Shown here: in pieces, positions 42,333 to 51,900 of the stretch | How the letters are laid out: the number at the start of each line of letters is the position of its first letter | Numbering within the stretch: the stretch's first letter is position 1 | DNA from: an uncultured delta proteobacterium | Lineage (GTDB): Bacteria; Myxococcota_A; Polyangia; Fen-1088 | Length of the DNA: 64,000 nucleotides | Direction: 5' to 3' | Assembly (NCBI GenBank): GCA_963796685.1 | Contig: CAWCMR010000009.1 | Span: 320,001-384,000, forward strand | Made by a program: the position numbers and the translations under genes | Notes under the pieces: model-generated | The model's database searches: none | Told to the model about the DNA's origin: nothing | What the model saw: the letters and a program-made list of their open reading frames with translations, nothing else

Positions 42333-43307
42333 TCACGTGAAAACTCGGCCCTGCCGCGCGGATACCAGGTAGCTTTCCCCACCCCGGCCTTGCCAGGCGC
42401 GCAGGTCAAACGCCGCATCGTGGTCGCCGGCACGGATACGGTAGGCGGAGATGTTCTCATAGGTCAGCGGCTGGCCGGGCAGGCAAGTTTGGGGCAGCCC
42501 CGGGGCGAGCAGGAAACACGCCGATCCGCGATTCGAGTCCGGACGTTTGTCGACCACGGTGCCAAGGCCATCGGCTTCGACCAGGACTGCCGTCATTTCG
42601 TCGACAGCGATCGCGCGCGGTGCTTTGGCCCATCCGTCTTGCGCCAAGCGAGCCAGGAAGGCGAGCAGCCTTCCCATGCGATCGCGATCGTGGAAGTGGC
42701 TGTCGGTGATCGCGTTGCGCAGGTACGCGTAGGGCGTCCCTAGGCTCGGTGAATAGACGAGCGCACGCTCGAGGGTCATGCACGCGTGGTAGGGATCGGC
42801 GAGCGCTTCGCTGGAATACACCGTATCGTTGCTGGCGGAGAACAGGAATTCGCCCAGTACCGCCAAGCCTGCGCTCGAGCCTCCCATGGGCACACCCCGG
42901 CGCAAGAGATCGCCGATGGCCTGCTGAACGGGCGTGTCCTTCCACATCCTGACGTAGTCCCACTGGTCGCCACCCTGGATGAAGAGCGCGTCGGCGCCGC
43001 GGATGGTCCGGAGTACCGCGGGGTCCGCGGTTGCGTCGCGCGACGAGAAGATCAGGGTCTCCACGGACGATGGATGCGGCGGCGGCAGGTCTTGATAGAT
43101 GTAGCGGCCGTATTCGTCGCTGCCGTCGGCGCCAATGACGACGAAGCGGCCCCAGCCCGATTTGGCGAAGAGCCAAGCAAAGGCGCTGTCGACTTCGGGC
43201 GGCGGGCCCTCCGGCGGTCCGCCGAGCAAGGCCATCCCGGGCGTGACCGGCCCGCGCGGCGTGGGGCGGCTCGAAGAATGGACGTAGGACGCGTATCCCG
43301 TGGGCAT
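42333..43307 (-). CDS. cphB: Cyanophycinase-like peptidase (family S51)
   Basis: FIQGGDQ, GGSSAG (catalytic Ser), DSHF..RDRMGRL (His) and AVDE.TA (Glu). Confidence 0.82.
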   Translation of the reverse strand: MPTGYASYVHSSSRPTPRGPVTPGMALLGGPPEGPPPEVDSAFAWLFAKSGWGRFVVIGADGSDEYGRYIYQDLPPPHPSSVETLIFSSRDATADPAVLRTIRGADALFIQGGDQWDYVRMWKDTPVQQAIGDLLRRGVPMGGSSAGLAVLGEFLFSASNDTVYSSEALADPYHACMTLERALVYSPSLGTPYAYLRNAITDSHFHDRDRMGRLLAFLARLAQDGWAKAPRAIAVDEMTAVLVEADGLGTVVDKRPDSNRGSACFLLAPGLPQTCLPGQPLTYENISAYRIRAGDHDAAFDLRAWQGRGGESYLVSARQGRVFT

Positions 43308-43310
43308 GGT

Positions 43311-45401
43311 CTAGACCTCGCGCAACAGCAATGGAAGGCGCGCCGCAATCGTTTCCGCCGGTACGCCCATGGCCCACGCCGCACCCGCTGCCTGGAGCCA
43401 GCCGCGCCACGCGCCTTCGGCAAGAGTCCGCTCCGCGCCAAGAGGCACCGCGTGCTCCTTCCCATCGCACGACAGAAATACCAGATGGCCATCGTGAAGG
43501 AAGACGGCGGCACATCCCCCGTGCCGGGCGCGAACCGACGCGTCGTCGCCCACGATCATCATCGTGCCGGCAATGGAGTCCACGGCTGCCAGCGCTGCAT
43601 CGTCGCGGTCATCGATCACCACGGTGCCGCGAGGCTGGGCGACCAAGACCAAGACGCCAGCGGCTCGGGCGCTCTCGGCATCGAGTACGGCCGCGACTTC
43701 GGGGTCGAACGTCAAAATCGCGGCATCGACGCAATCGAGACCCAAGCCCTCCTCGCGAATGCTCGCCGGATCGCGCTCCAGCACAGCCGAGTCGACCTCG
43801 GGACACAGCAGGACCGCAAGACTGCCGGAAACGCCGCTTTGATCGCCGCCTTTGATGGGCTCTCCATCGAGAAAGAGGCCGCGCGAGCTCGCCGTGCCGA
43901 TCCCGCGGCCAGGCGCGCGCAGGAGCTCGGCCAGAAGGCGGCCAGTGCGAGCCCGATCGCCGGTGCCGCTCACCAGGGCGAGCGGGATGCGACCGGTCTT
44001 GCCGTCGGGAAAGAGCGAATCGATGATGGCCTCGCAGACCGGACGGTGGCTGTCGCACAGGGGCGGAAAATGAAACGCGATGGTCGGTTCGGCGTTCACT
44101 TCGAGAATCGCGCCCCCCTGCTCTTCCAGTGGCCGCGCGATATCCTCGGCGACCACGTCCAACCCGGCCACATCCAGACCGATCACGCGTGCCGCGCGCA
44201 CGCATTGCGCGGCCACACGTGGGTGTACGAGATCGGTCACATCGCTAACACCCGCGCCCGCCCAAGAATGGGCGATACGACTCAAGACCACCTCGCGCCC
44301 GGCCGGCACCACGGCGGCGAGCGCGTAACCCTGCTCGGCCAACAGCTGGGGCGTGTCGTCGTCCGGGCAAACCCGGGTCAGGGGCAACCGCAGATCGTCG
44401 CCGCGCCTGGGATCCCGGTTGGCGATCTCCATGAGCTGCGCAACCGTGTGCTGGCCATCCCCGGTCAGACGAACCGGTTCGCGGCGCACCGCCGCGACCA
44501 ACCGATCGCCCACCACGGTCAGGCGGTATTGCGCCCCTGGCACGAAGCGCTCGACCAGCACCTCTTCGCGATACTCCCGAGCGGCGGCGTAGGCAGCCAC
44601 CACCTGCTCGCGGGTGTGCAGGTGAAGGCCAATCCCGTGGCCATAGTCGGCGCTCGCGGGCTTGACTACCACCGGCGTGCCCAGCTCGCACGCGATGGAC
44701 CATGCGTGCTCGGCGCTGTCGGCTTGACGACCGATGGGAACGGGAATCCCGACCTGCGCGAGCAGCTCTTTCGTCAGCTTCTTGTCGAGCGAGATCCACT
44801 CGGCGATCTTGCCCGTGCGTTCGGTCACCGAGGTTCGGATCCGTCGGCGCTGCGCTCCGTGACCAAGCTGCACCAGGCTCTCACCGTCGAGGCGGCGATA
44901 GGGAATGCCCCTGGCGCGCGCGGCGGCCACCAGTGGTCCGGTCGCCCGGCCCAGGCACACGTCTTCGGCAAGAGAGCGCAGCCGTGCCGTTTCTGCGGGC
45001 ACATCGAGAGCTTCGCCGGCCAGGGCCGCCAAGCACATGCGTCGAGCGGATTCGAGGCAAGCGCGCGCGAGGCGTTCCTCTTCATAGGCGAAGGCGATGT
45101 CCACGGTCGCGGACGACGCGCGCGGGGCGATGGCCGCGCAACCCGCGGGCGTGCTGGCCAGGGCTTGCAGATGCACGGCAACACCGCGCAAGGCATCGGC
45201 CACGCGCACTTGCGGAGGCCGCGACGGGTCCTCGCAGGCCGGGGACCAGCCCGGAAGCGAGGCGGACAGTCGCTGCTCGAGCTCCACCACGCCGTGGGCG
45301 GGTAGGCCTGGGTACGCCGCGACCGACACGCGCGCCTCGAGCGCGGAATCCGGCCCCCACACGTTGGGGCCCTGCAGCGCCCTCACCTTGAGCAATTCCA
45401 T
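43311..45401 (-). CDS. Cyanophycin synthetase-like ATP-grasp ligase (CphA'-type, degenerate Mur domain)
   Basis: RALQGPNVW, RGIPYRRL...LVQLGHG, DKKLTK.LL...GIPVP, VVVKP, N.DPRRG, DVTD.VHP and EVNA.P. Mur P-loop degenerate (SGTGDRAR). 696 aa. Confidence 0.85.
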   Translation of the reverse strand: MELLKVRALQGPNVWGPDSALEARVSVAAYPGLPAHGVVELEQRLSASLPGWSPACEDPSRPPQVRVADALRGVAVHLQALASTPAGCAAIAPRASSATVDIAFAYEEERLARACLESARRMCLAALAGEALDVPAETARLRSLAEDVCLGRATGPLVAAARARGIPYRRLDGESLVQLGHGAQRRRIRTSVTERTGKIAEWISLDKKLTKELLAQVGIPVPIGRQADSAEHAWSIACELGTPVVVKPASADYGHGIGLHLHTREQVVAAYAAAREYREEVLVERFVPGAQYRLTVVGDRLVAAVRREPVRLTGDGQHTVAQLMEIANRDPRRGDDLRLPLTRVCPDDDTPQLLAEQGYALAAVVPAGREVVLSRIAHSWAGAGVSDVTDLVHPRVAAQCVRAARVIGLDVAGLDVVAEDIARPLEEQGGAILEVNAEPTIAFHFPPLCDSHRPVCEAIIDSLFPDGKTGRIPLALVSGTGDRARTGRLLAELLRAPGRGIGTASSRGLFLDGEPIKGGDQSGVSGSLAVLLCPEVDSAVLERDPASIREEGLGLDCVDAAILTFDPEVAAVLDAESARAAGVLVLVAQPRGTVVIDDRDDAALAAVDSIAGTMMIVGDDASVRARHGGCAAVFLHDGHLVFLSCDGKEHAVPLGAERTLAEGAWRGWLQAAGAAWAMGVPAETIAARLPLLLREV

Positions 45402-45513
45402 CGGCGTATCTATTGCCGATCCATGTGTCCGAGTCCAGGCCTCCTGGCACACCCTCTGCTCGACCTGTCCGAGCAGCTCGCTGCCCTGACCGCGCGATTC
45501 AGGACCTGAGCCG

Positions 45514-46536
45514 CTACCGGCCTCCTGCGTGCCACGGCGTGAAGCCGCGCCCGCGCGCCGGCTGGGCATCGAGGTCGAGCCAACGCAGCATGATCGCGCG
45601 TGCGAGGTGCACGCCGGCGGACTTGCGCATCACATGCCGGACCGCTTCGGCAGCCGCGTGATCGCCGCCGGCCTCCAGACCCACGACCACCAGGTACAGA
45701 TCCTCCACGTCGTCGTCTTGCGCGGGATCCACGCGCTTGGCGGCAGCGAGCGCGTCCCCACGTCTGCCGTCGAGCGCGGCAAAGTAGGCCTCGAGCACGG
45801 CCACCGAATCGGGAAAGCCGACAGCGCGGTAGTCGTCGAGCGCGGATTCGGCATAGCCCACGAGCGCCTGCTTGACCGAGCCCGAGCGCGACTCGGCCAG
45901 CATGCGCGTAAGGTAGGCGCGGTGCCAGCGATCCTTCTGCAGGGCGAGGGTCGCGCGCCCCCGCGCATCCCACGTTCCACGCGCAGCGCACAGGGTCGCC
46001 TGATCGTTCTCGGCCAGGGCCGCGGCCGGATCGCCCTGCGCTTCCCGGACCATCATCATCATGTTGTGCGACCAGAACTCGTCGGCCAGCTCGGGGTGCT
46101 TGGCGAGGGCGGGGATAAGGGCCAGCAACGCCGCGCCCGCGCGTTCGAAGTCGCCCGCATACGCGAAGCGCATCGCGCGCACGCGTGCCGCAAGATACGC
46201 GAGGTGCACATCGTCGCCTGCATCCGCGGTCGCGAACGCGATCTGCTGGTCTGCTTTGGTCATGTCGTTCGCCGCGATGGCCTTCACCGCCGCATCGAGA
46301 GCCTGCTGGAGTGCCGGAGGCAAAGGCGATGGTCCGGGCGGGACGGGTGGGGCCGGAGCTGGTGCTGGAAGTGGAGGCGCAGGGGCCACCCCGGGAGCGG
46401 CCGAAGTGGGTGGACCGGGAGCGGGCGGAGGCGGTGCGGGCGCGAACGAGGTCGGGGCGACCGGAACCGAGGCGCACGCGCCAGGCAGGGCGGCCGCAAG
46501 AGTCAGACCGGCGATGGCGGGCAGTCGGTATCGCAT
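45514..46536 (-). CDS. Hypothetical lipoprotein with a Pro-rich linker and an alpha-helical (TPR-like) domain
   Basis: Signal ending PGAC; Pro-rich linker; Ala/Leu-rich helical body. Confidence 0.72.
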   Translation of the reverse strand: MRYRLPAIAGLTLAAALPGACASVPVAPTSFAPAPPPPAPGPPTSAAPGVAPAPPLPAPAPAPPVPPGPSPLPPALQQALDAAVKAIAANDMTKADQQIAFATADAGDDVHLAYLAARVRAMRFAYAGDFERAGAALLALIPALAKHPELADEFWSHNMMMMVREAQGDPAAALAENDQATLCAARGTWDARGRATLALQKDRWHRAYLTRMLAESRSGSVKQALVGYAESALDDYRAVGFPDSVAVLEAYFAALDGRRGDALAAAKRVDPAQDDDVEDLYLVVVGLEAGGDHAAAEAVRHVMRKSAGVHLARAIMLRWLDLDAQPARGRGFTPWHAGGR

Positions 46537-46774
46537 GGGGAAAGCTTACACGTCTTCGGGAGCACCGGCGACAGTGCCCTTTGCCTCGCAATCCCGCGGC
46601 AAGACGAAACTTTTCGCCCAGTCGGGCGGCCAAGGGCGGCGGTCGAACATTGCATTGCGCGCTCATCGCGCTAGTCTCCGGTGCGGTTACGCGTGGGTGG
46701 AGGATCGATCTCGTTGTTGTTTCAGGTATCAGTCCCTCCTGCCACAACTCGAATCAGCAAAGGAGGATCGGATC

Positions 46775-47620
46775 ATGGGGAAGTCAATGATGCGTGGAAA
46801 GCTGTTTGGGCTGTTCTTGGTCGCCGGTGGATTGCTCGTGCCGCGCGCGACTCTGGCGGATGACGACAGTAGATGCGCGGGGCTACCCTCGCAAAGTGCG
46901 CTGCAAAGTGCGCTGGTGGCCGCAGTCGCGGCGGAAACCAGCGGGCTCAACAATCACATGTGGGCCACCGTCGTCAATCGCGACGGAGTGGTCTGCGCCG
47001 TGGCTTTCTCGGGCAGCAATCGCGCCGCCCAATGGCCGGGCAGCCGCGTTGTCGCGGCACAGAAGGCCAACACCGCGAACGCCTTCAGCCTCGACAGCTC
47101 GTCCGCGAGCAACGGCTCGGGGCAGCCGGCCGGACTGGCGCTTTCTTCGGCCAACCTCTACGCCGGCTCCAATCCCGGTGGCAGCGCGTACGAGTTGCAG
47201 ATCAGCAATCCGGTGGACACCACCGTCGCCTACGCCGGCAACCCGGAAAAATACGGAACCAAGAACGATCCCATGGTGGGTCACCGCGTGGGTGGCGTGA
47301 ACATCTTCGGCGGTGGCCTGGCGCTCTATACCCCGGGGCACGTGCTCATCGGAGGCTTGGGCGTCAGCGGAGACACTTCCTGCGCGGACCACTTCATCGC
47401 ATGGCGCACGCGCAATCAGCTCAACCTGGACCACCTCGGTGCATCGGGCTCGACTCCGGCGGTCGGCGGAGTCTCGGGCGATCCGCAGCGTCCCGACAAC
47501 ATCGTCTTCGACATCACCCCCAACCCTCAAGGCGGTACGGGAGTGAGCGCCGGGGGCTTCGGTCACCCCATGTGCGTGAACACGGGAAACCAGCTCGCAC
47601 TTCCCGCCGTTCGACCGTAA
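46775..47620 (+). CDS. Secreted GlcG/HbpS-family heme-binding protein
   Basis: Signal peptide; WATVVNRDG, SRVVAAQKANTA, FGGGLALY and GGLGVSGD...DH; AGGAGG RBS. Confidence 0.85.
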   Translation: MGKSMMRGKLFGLFLVAGGLLVPRATLADDDSRCAGLPSQSALQSALVAAVAAETSGLNNHMWATVVNRDGVVCAVAFSGSNRAAQWPGSRVVAAQKANTANAFSLDSSSASNGSGQPAGLALSSANLYAGSNPGGSAYELQISNPVDTTVAYAGNPEKYGTKNDPMVGHRVGGVNIFGGGLALYTPGHVLIGGLGVSGDTSCADHFIAWRTRNQLNLDHLGASGSTPAVGGVSGDPQRPDNIVFDITPNPQGGTGVSAGGFGHPMCVNTGNQLALPAVRP

Positions 47621-47660
47621 ACCAAGGATCCAGCCAATTTGCGCCGGAGGCGCCGGGCGC

Positions 47661-48905
47661 TCAACCCGCCAGTCGCAACAAGGAGCTGCTCATGGCCTCG
47701 CACACCTGCTCCATCCGCATCGCGGACTGGTTGTTGATGCGCCCGCCGGCCTCGCCTTGCGCGTAGAGCAGCAGGGTGACGTGCCCGTCGACGATGACCG
47801 GCGACACGAGGACCTCGGTGGGGGCGTGGCAACGAAACGCGTTCCACAACGGGCCGTGTACGGCCATGCCGTCGGGCGGTGGCGTGCCTCGAAAGGTCGA
47901 CCGGCGGCTGCGGGCGATACGGAAACACGAAGGCAGGGAAAGCGAGAAGGTGAGGCCCTCGACCTCGGACCGCACGTGCCCGTCGGAGAAGCCGAAACGT
48001 CCCCGCGCGACCGCGCCTGCCACGGAAAACATGGCGCCGACCCCGAAGCAGGTGCGCATGAAGGCAAACAAGCTGTCCGAGAGGTCCTGCTGGTCGGCGG
48101 CGAAACGAATCTGATCGACGGCGAGCTGCGCGCCCGCGCCGGTGATGGGCACCACCAAGGGGGTCAGAGGATTGCGTGAGGCCACCCGAGTCGGCTTGGG
48201 CGGCGTACGAGCATCCATGGGTGGGATGTAGGCAAGCGGCGTGGGCGTGAAGCAAAGCGCGTCTTCCATGACCGCCACGGGTGCGGCAGGCTCGCTCGTG
48301 TGCGTGCCCGGCTTGAGCGGCGCGAGGCGAATGCCTTGGTGGTGGCCTTGGGGAGGCTTGCGATGGGTGCGCAAGGCCGGCCGGATATCATCGTCCTTGG
48401 CCACCGGCTTCCTGGACGCGGTCTGGTGCGGGCTTGGCAGTGCCAGCGCCGGTCGCGGGACGCCGGGCTTACCCTTCCTGCGCACCCCGTAGAGAAGCTC
48501 GAGGTGCCGGGCAATGGCCAGCTCCGTGGCCACCATGGGATCGACCGTCGCGCCCAGAATGAACGCCAGTCGGTCGAGAGCGCGTGGGTTGGCCGGGTTG
48601 GCCATGGCCACCGCGACCCGACGGCGGTTGGTGAGAAAGAGAGGAATGGCCTGTAGCTCGACCGCTTGGTGGACGACGACGCGCCGGCGCAACGCCAGCT
48701 CGGAGCGCGCGAAATCCGCCTCCAGCGCCGGCGGCACGCCGAACTGTTCGGCCAGCGCCAGCGCCACCTGATCGTTCGTGAGAGCCCCTGATTCGACGAA
48801 CCAGGTTCCGATGCGCACCCCCTGCGCATGTTGCTGGGCGAGCGCAGCCTGTAGAACGGCCTCCGTGATGAGGCCCTGTTTGACCAGAATTTCACCCAAC
48901 CTCAT
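47661..48905 (-). CDS. MshEN/GspE-N-terminal domain protein without an ATPase (putative c-di-GMP receptor)
   Basis: RLGEILVKQGLITEAVLQAALAQQ plus a second copy RIGTWFVESGALTNDQVALALAEQ; VAMANP; C-terminal GAF-like segment. Confidence 0.82.
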   Translation of the reverse strand: MRLGEILVKQGLITEAVLQAALAQQHAQGVRIGTWFVESGALTNDQVALALAEQFGVPPALEADFARSELALRRRVVVHQAVELQAIPLFLTNRRRVAVAMANPANPRALDRLAFILGATVDPMVATELAIARHLELLYGVRRKGKPGVPRPALALPSPHQTASRKPVAKDDDIRPALRTHRKPPQGHHQGIRLAPLKPGTHTSEPAAPVAVMEDALCFTPTPLAYIPPMDARTPPKPTRVASRNPLTPLVVPITGAGAQLAVDQIRFAADQQDLSDSLFAFMRTCFGVGAMFSVAGAVARGRFGFSDGHVRSEVEGLTFSLSLPSCFRIARSRRSTFRGTPPPDGMAVHGPLWNAFRCHAPTEVLVSPVIVDGHVTLLLYAQGEAGGRINNQSAMRMEQVCEAMSSSLLRLAG

Positions 48906-49106
48906 GCCTGCCTCGCCTTCTTCGCACGAGCTTTCGCCTGATGCGGCTAGGTCGATCACCTGTCATCTCGCGAATGCTATCGGCACCTGCAAAGAGGTTC
49001 TGTAGCCCCGGCGCAGCGCAGGTTCAACGCACTGTCCAACCTCGCGACCGCAAAGCCCTTGCGTCTCGAGACATGGTGCAAGAACATGCCCGTAGAAAGA
49101 ACTACC

Positions 49107-50447
49107 ATGAGCGACCCCGTCTTCTGGCACCGCCTGCAATTCGGTTTCACCGCCACCTACCACTATCTGTTCCCGCAGCTCACCATGGGGCTGGCGCTGT
49201 TCATCGTCATCCTGAAGATGCTGGCCCGCCGCTCCGGCAACCAACGCTACCAAGACGCGGCGCGGTTCTGGATCCGCATCTTCGGCATCAACTTCGCGAT
49301 CGGGGTGGTCACCGGCATTCCCATGGAATTCCAGTTCGGCACCAATTGGGCGCAGTTCACCCAGCGCACCGGCCCCGTCATCGGCCAGACCCTGGCCATG
49401 GAAGGCATGTTTGCCTTCTTTCTCGAATCGAGCTTCCTCGGCGTGCTCATCTGGGGCGAGGAAAAGTTCGGGCGCAAAATCCACGACCTTGCCGCGTGGG
49501 CGCTCTTCGCGGGCTCGTGGCTTTCCGGGTACTTCATCATCGCCACCAACGCCTTCATGCAAAACCCGGTCGGGCATCGGGTCGCCCTCGACGGCAGCTT
49601 CCAGATCGCCGATTTTCTCGCCTTCCTGCTCAATCCGTGGGCACTCGCGCAGTACGCGCACAACATGGTCGCCTCGGTGGTCACGGCCTCCTTCGTGGTG
49701 ACCGCGGTGGGGGCGTACTACTCCCTGCGCGAGGCCCATCTCGAACAGGCGAGGATCTTTCTCAAGCTCGGCGTGATCGTCGGGCTCGTGGCCAGCCTCC
49801 TGGTGGCGTTCCCGACCGGCGACCGACAGGGCAAGTTGGTGGCCAAGCACCAACCCATCGCCCTGGCGGCGATGGAGGGCCGATGGAACAGCGGGACCTG
49901 GGCCGAGATCAACTTCATCGGTCAGCCTGACGTCAAGAACCGGCGCCTCGACAACCCCATCCGCATGCCGGGCATCCTCAGCTTCATCGCCTACGGTTCC
50001 TTCGACAGCGACGTCAAGGGACTGAGCGAATTTCCCTCTTCCGAATGGCCGAAGAACATCGAGCTGCTCTACTACAGCTTCCACATCATGGTCGGTCTCG
50101 GAACCATCCTCATCGCGCTCATGGGCCTGTCGGCCTTTCTGCTTTGGCGCGGCCGACTCGAGCGCGCGCGCTGGCTGCACTGGATCCTCATGCTGGCCTT
50201 TCCCTTCCCCTACATCGCCACCACGGCGGGCTGGATGACCGCCGAGCTCGGCCGCCAGCCGTGGCTGGTGTACGGCCTTCTGCGCACGGGCGACGGCAGC
50301 AGCCAGCTGGTTCACAGCGGTCAGACCGTCTTCACCTTGCTGGGATTCGCCGGCCTCTTTGTCATCCTCGGCTTCCTGTTCGTGTACCTCATTCTGCGCG
50401 AAATCGAGCACGGTCCTGTGCCCCACGGCGCCCAGGCGGAGACATAG
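49107..50447 (+). CDS. cydA: Cytochrome bd quinol oxidase subunit I
   Basis: RLQF...HYLFP, GIPMEFQFGTNW, EGMFAFFLES, LAAMEG and GWMTAELGRQPW. Confidence 0.96.
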   Translation: MSDPVFWHRLQFGFTATYHYLFPQLTMGLALFIVILKMLARRSGNQRYQDAARFWIRIFGINFAIGVVTGIPMEFQFGTNWAQFTQRTGPVIGQTLAMEGMFAFFLESSFLGVLIWGEEKFGRKIHDLAAWALFAGSWLSGYFIIATNAFMQNPVGHRVALDGSFQIADFLAFLLNPWALAQYAHNMVASVVTASFVVTAVGAYYSLREAHLEQARIFLKLGVIVGLVASLLVAFPTGDRQGKLVAKHQPIALAAMEGRWNSGTWAEINFIGQPDVKNRRLDNPIRMPGILSFIAYGSFDSDVKGLSEFPSSEWPKNIELLYYSFHIMVGLGTILIALMGLSAFLLWRGRLERARWLHWILMLAFPFPYIATTAGWMTAELGRQPWLVYGLLRTGDGSSQLVHSGQTVFTLLGFAGLFVILGFLFVYLILREIEHGPVPHGAQAET

Positions 50448-50449
50448 CC

Positions 50450-51496
50450 ATGGAAATGCTCTGGTTCTGGCTCGTCAGTGTCATGGTGGCCATCTACTCC
50501 GTGATGGATGGTTTCGATTTCGGCGCCGGCATCCTGCACCACTTCGTGGCACGCACCGACGGCGAGCGCCGCCAGGTGCTGGGCGCCATCGGTCCGCTGT
50601 GGGACGGCAACGAGGTCTGGCTGCTCGCGGGTGGCGGCAGTCTCCTCCTCGCCTTCCCCGCCGTGCTCGCCGCGGGCTTCTCGGGCTTCTACCTGGCCAT
50701 GTTCATGGTGGTGTGGACGCTCATGCTGCGCGGGATTGCCATCGAGTTCCGCAGCCACGTGAAAAGCGGCATGTGGCGCGCGTTTTGGGACTTCGTCTTC
50801 AGCTTCGCCAGCACGCTGCTGCCCGTGCTGCTCGGCGCGGCCCTGGGCAATGTGGTGCGCGGGGTGCCGCTCGACAACACCGGCTACTTCAACATTCCGC
50901 TCTTCACTCACTTCGCCACCCACAATCCCGTGGGCATCCTCGACTGGTACACCGTGCTCATGGGCGTGTTCGTGCTGGTGACCCTGGCCAACCACGGCGC
51001 CCTGTTCTTGGCCTGGAAGACCGACGGTCCCGTGCACGAGCGCGCGCGCAGGCTGGCCCTGCCCCTGTCGGTGCTGACCGCGGTGCTGGGCGGCCTCGCC
51101 ACCCTTTCTACCGCGCAGGTCAACCCCGACATCTACGCCAACCTGCCGCACGCGCCTTTGGCCTGGATCGGACTCTTCCTCTTCGTGCTTGGACTGGCCA
51201 CCGCATTCACGGGCCAGTTGCGCGGGCGATTCCTCGTCGCCTTCCTGGGTAGCGCCGCCTTCGTCGTCGGCCTGCTCGTGGCCACCGCGGCGTGCGTGTT
51301 CCCGGTCATGCTCAAGTCCACCCTCGATCCTGCCTGGAGCCTCACCGCCTACAACGCCTCTGCCGGCCACCACGGCCTGGTCACGGGAACCAAGTGGTGG
51401 TTCCTCGGCTTCCCCATCGTCGTCGCCTACTTCGTCTTCCTGTTCCGCCTCCACCGCGGCAAGGTCAAGGCGCAGGCGGACGGTCAGGGCTACTGA
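50450..51496 (+). CDS. cydB: Cytochrome bd quinol oxidase subunit II
   Basis: MDGFDFGAG, GPLWDGNEVWL and RGIAIEFRS; directly follows cydA. Confidence 0.95.
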   Translation: MEMLWFWLVSVMVAIYSVMDGFDFGAGILHHFVARTDGERRQVLGAIGPLWDGNEVWLLAGGGSLLLAFPAVLAAGFSGFYLAMFMVVWTLMLRGIAIEFRSHVKSGMWRAFWDFVFSFASTLLPVLLGAALGNVVRGVPLDNTGYFNIPLFTHFATHNPVGILDWYTVLMGVFVLVTLANHGALFLAWKTDGPVHERARRLALPLSVLTAVLGGLATLSTAQVNPDIYANLPHAPLAWIGLFLFVLGLATAFTGQLRGRFLVAFLGSAAFVVGLLVATAACVFPVMLKSTLDPAWSLTAYNASAGHHGLVTGTKWWFLGFPIVVAYFVFLFRLHRGKVKAQADGQGY

Positions 51497-51711
51497 GGTC
51501 CCCTATGTGCCGCAAAGACTCGGTACGAAGTACGTCCTATCTTCCAACCCCGCGCCGCACTCCTCGGCGAAGCCACCTGGGGCAGGTTTGGGCGGGCAAG
51601 CTCTAGCTAGTGCGCTTGTGCGCGGAGCCGGCGAACGATGCTCCAGCGGTGGCGGCGGCCAACAAGCGGTCCAGGAGCGGCTCTCTCTCTCTCTCCGATG
51701 GTCTCGTCGGT

Positions 51712-51735
51712 GGCGACGGTGAGCTCACCGTCGCC
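51712..51735. repeat. Perfect 24-bp palindrome next to a (CT)7 microsatellite (51681-51695)
   Basis: GGCGACGGTGAG|CTCACCGTCGCC. Confidence 0.9.
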
Positions 51736-51843
51736 GAGCGCGGTGACGAGGGTGATGCCCCCGCGCAGTGCTCGCATTTCGCCGAACACACACAGCAGCC
51801 GGGACTATTGCAGCCGGTTCCGAGGCACTTCATGGTTTATGGG

Positions 51844-51894
51844 CAAGTTACCAAAGTTAGTAAGTTTTGATAACTTGGATAACCTTGATATAAA
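51844..51894 (+). promoter_or_regulatory. AT-rich promoter/operator of the AAA ATPase gene
   Basis: Inverted repeat CAAGTTACCAAA-N10-TTTGATAACTTG overlaps TTGATA (-35). TATAAA (-10) lies 6 nt before the ATG. Confidence 0.65.
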
Positions 51895-51900
51895 GCGAGC

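Noticed and set aside
42786-45305. 839-aa plus-strand ORF
   Set aside because: Antisense shadow of the cphB and cphA-like genes.
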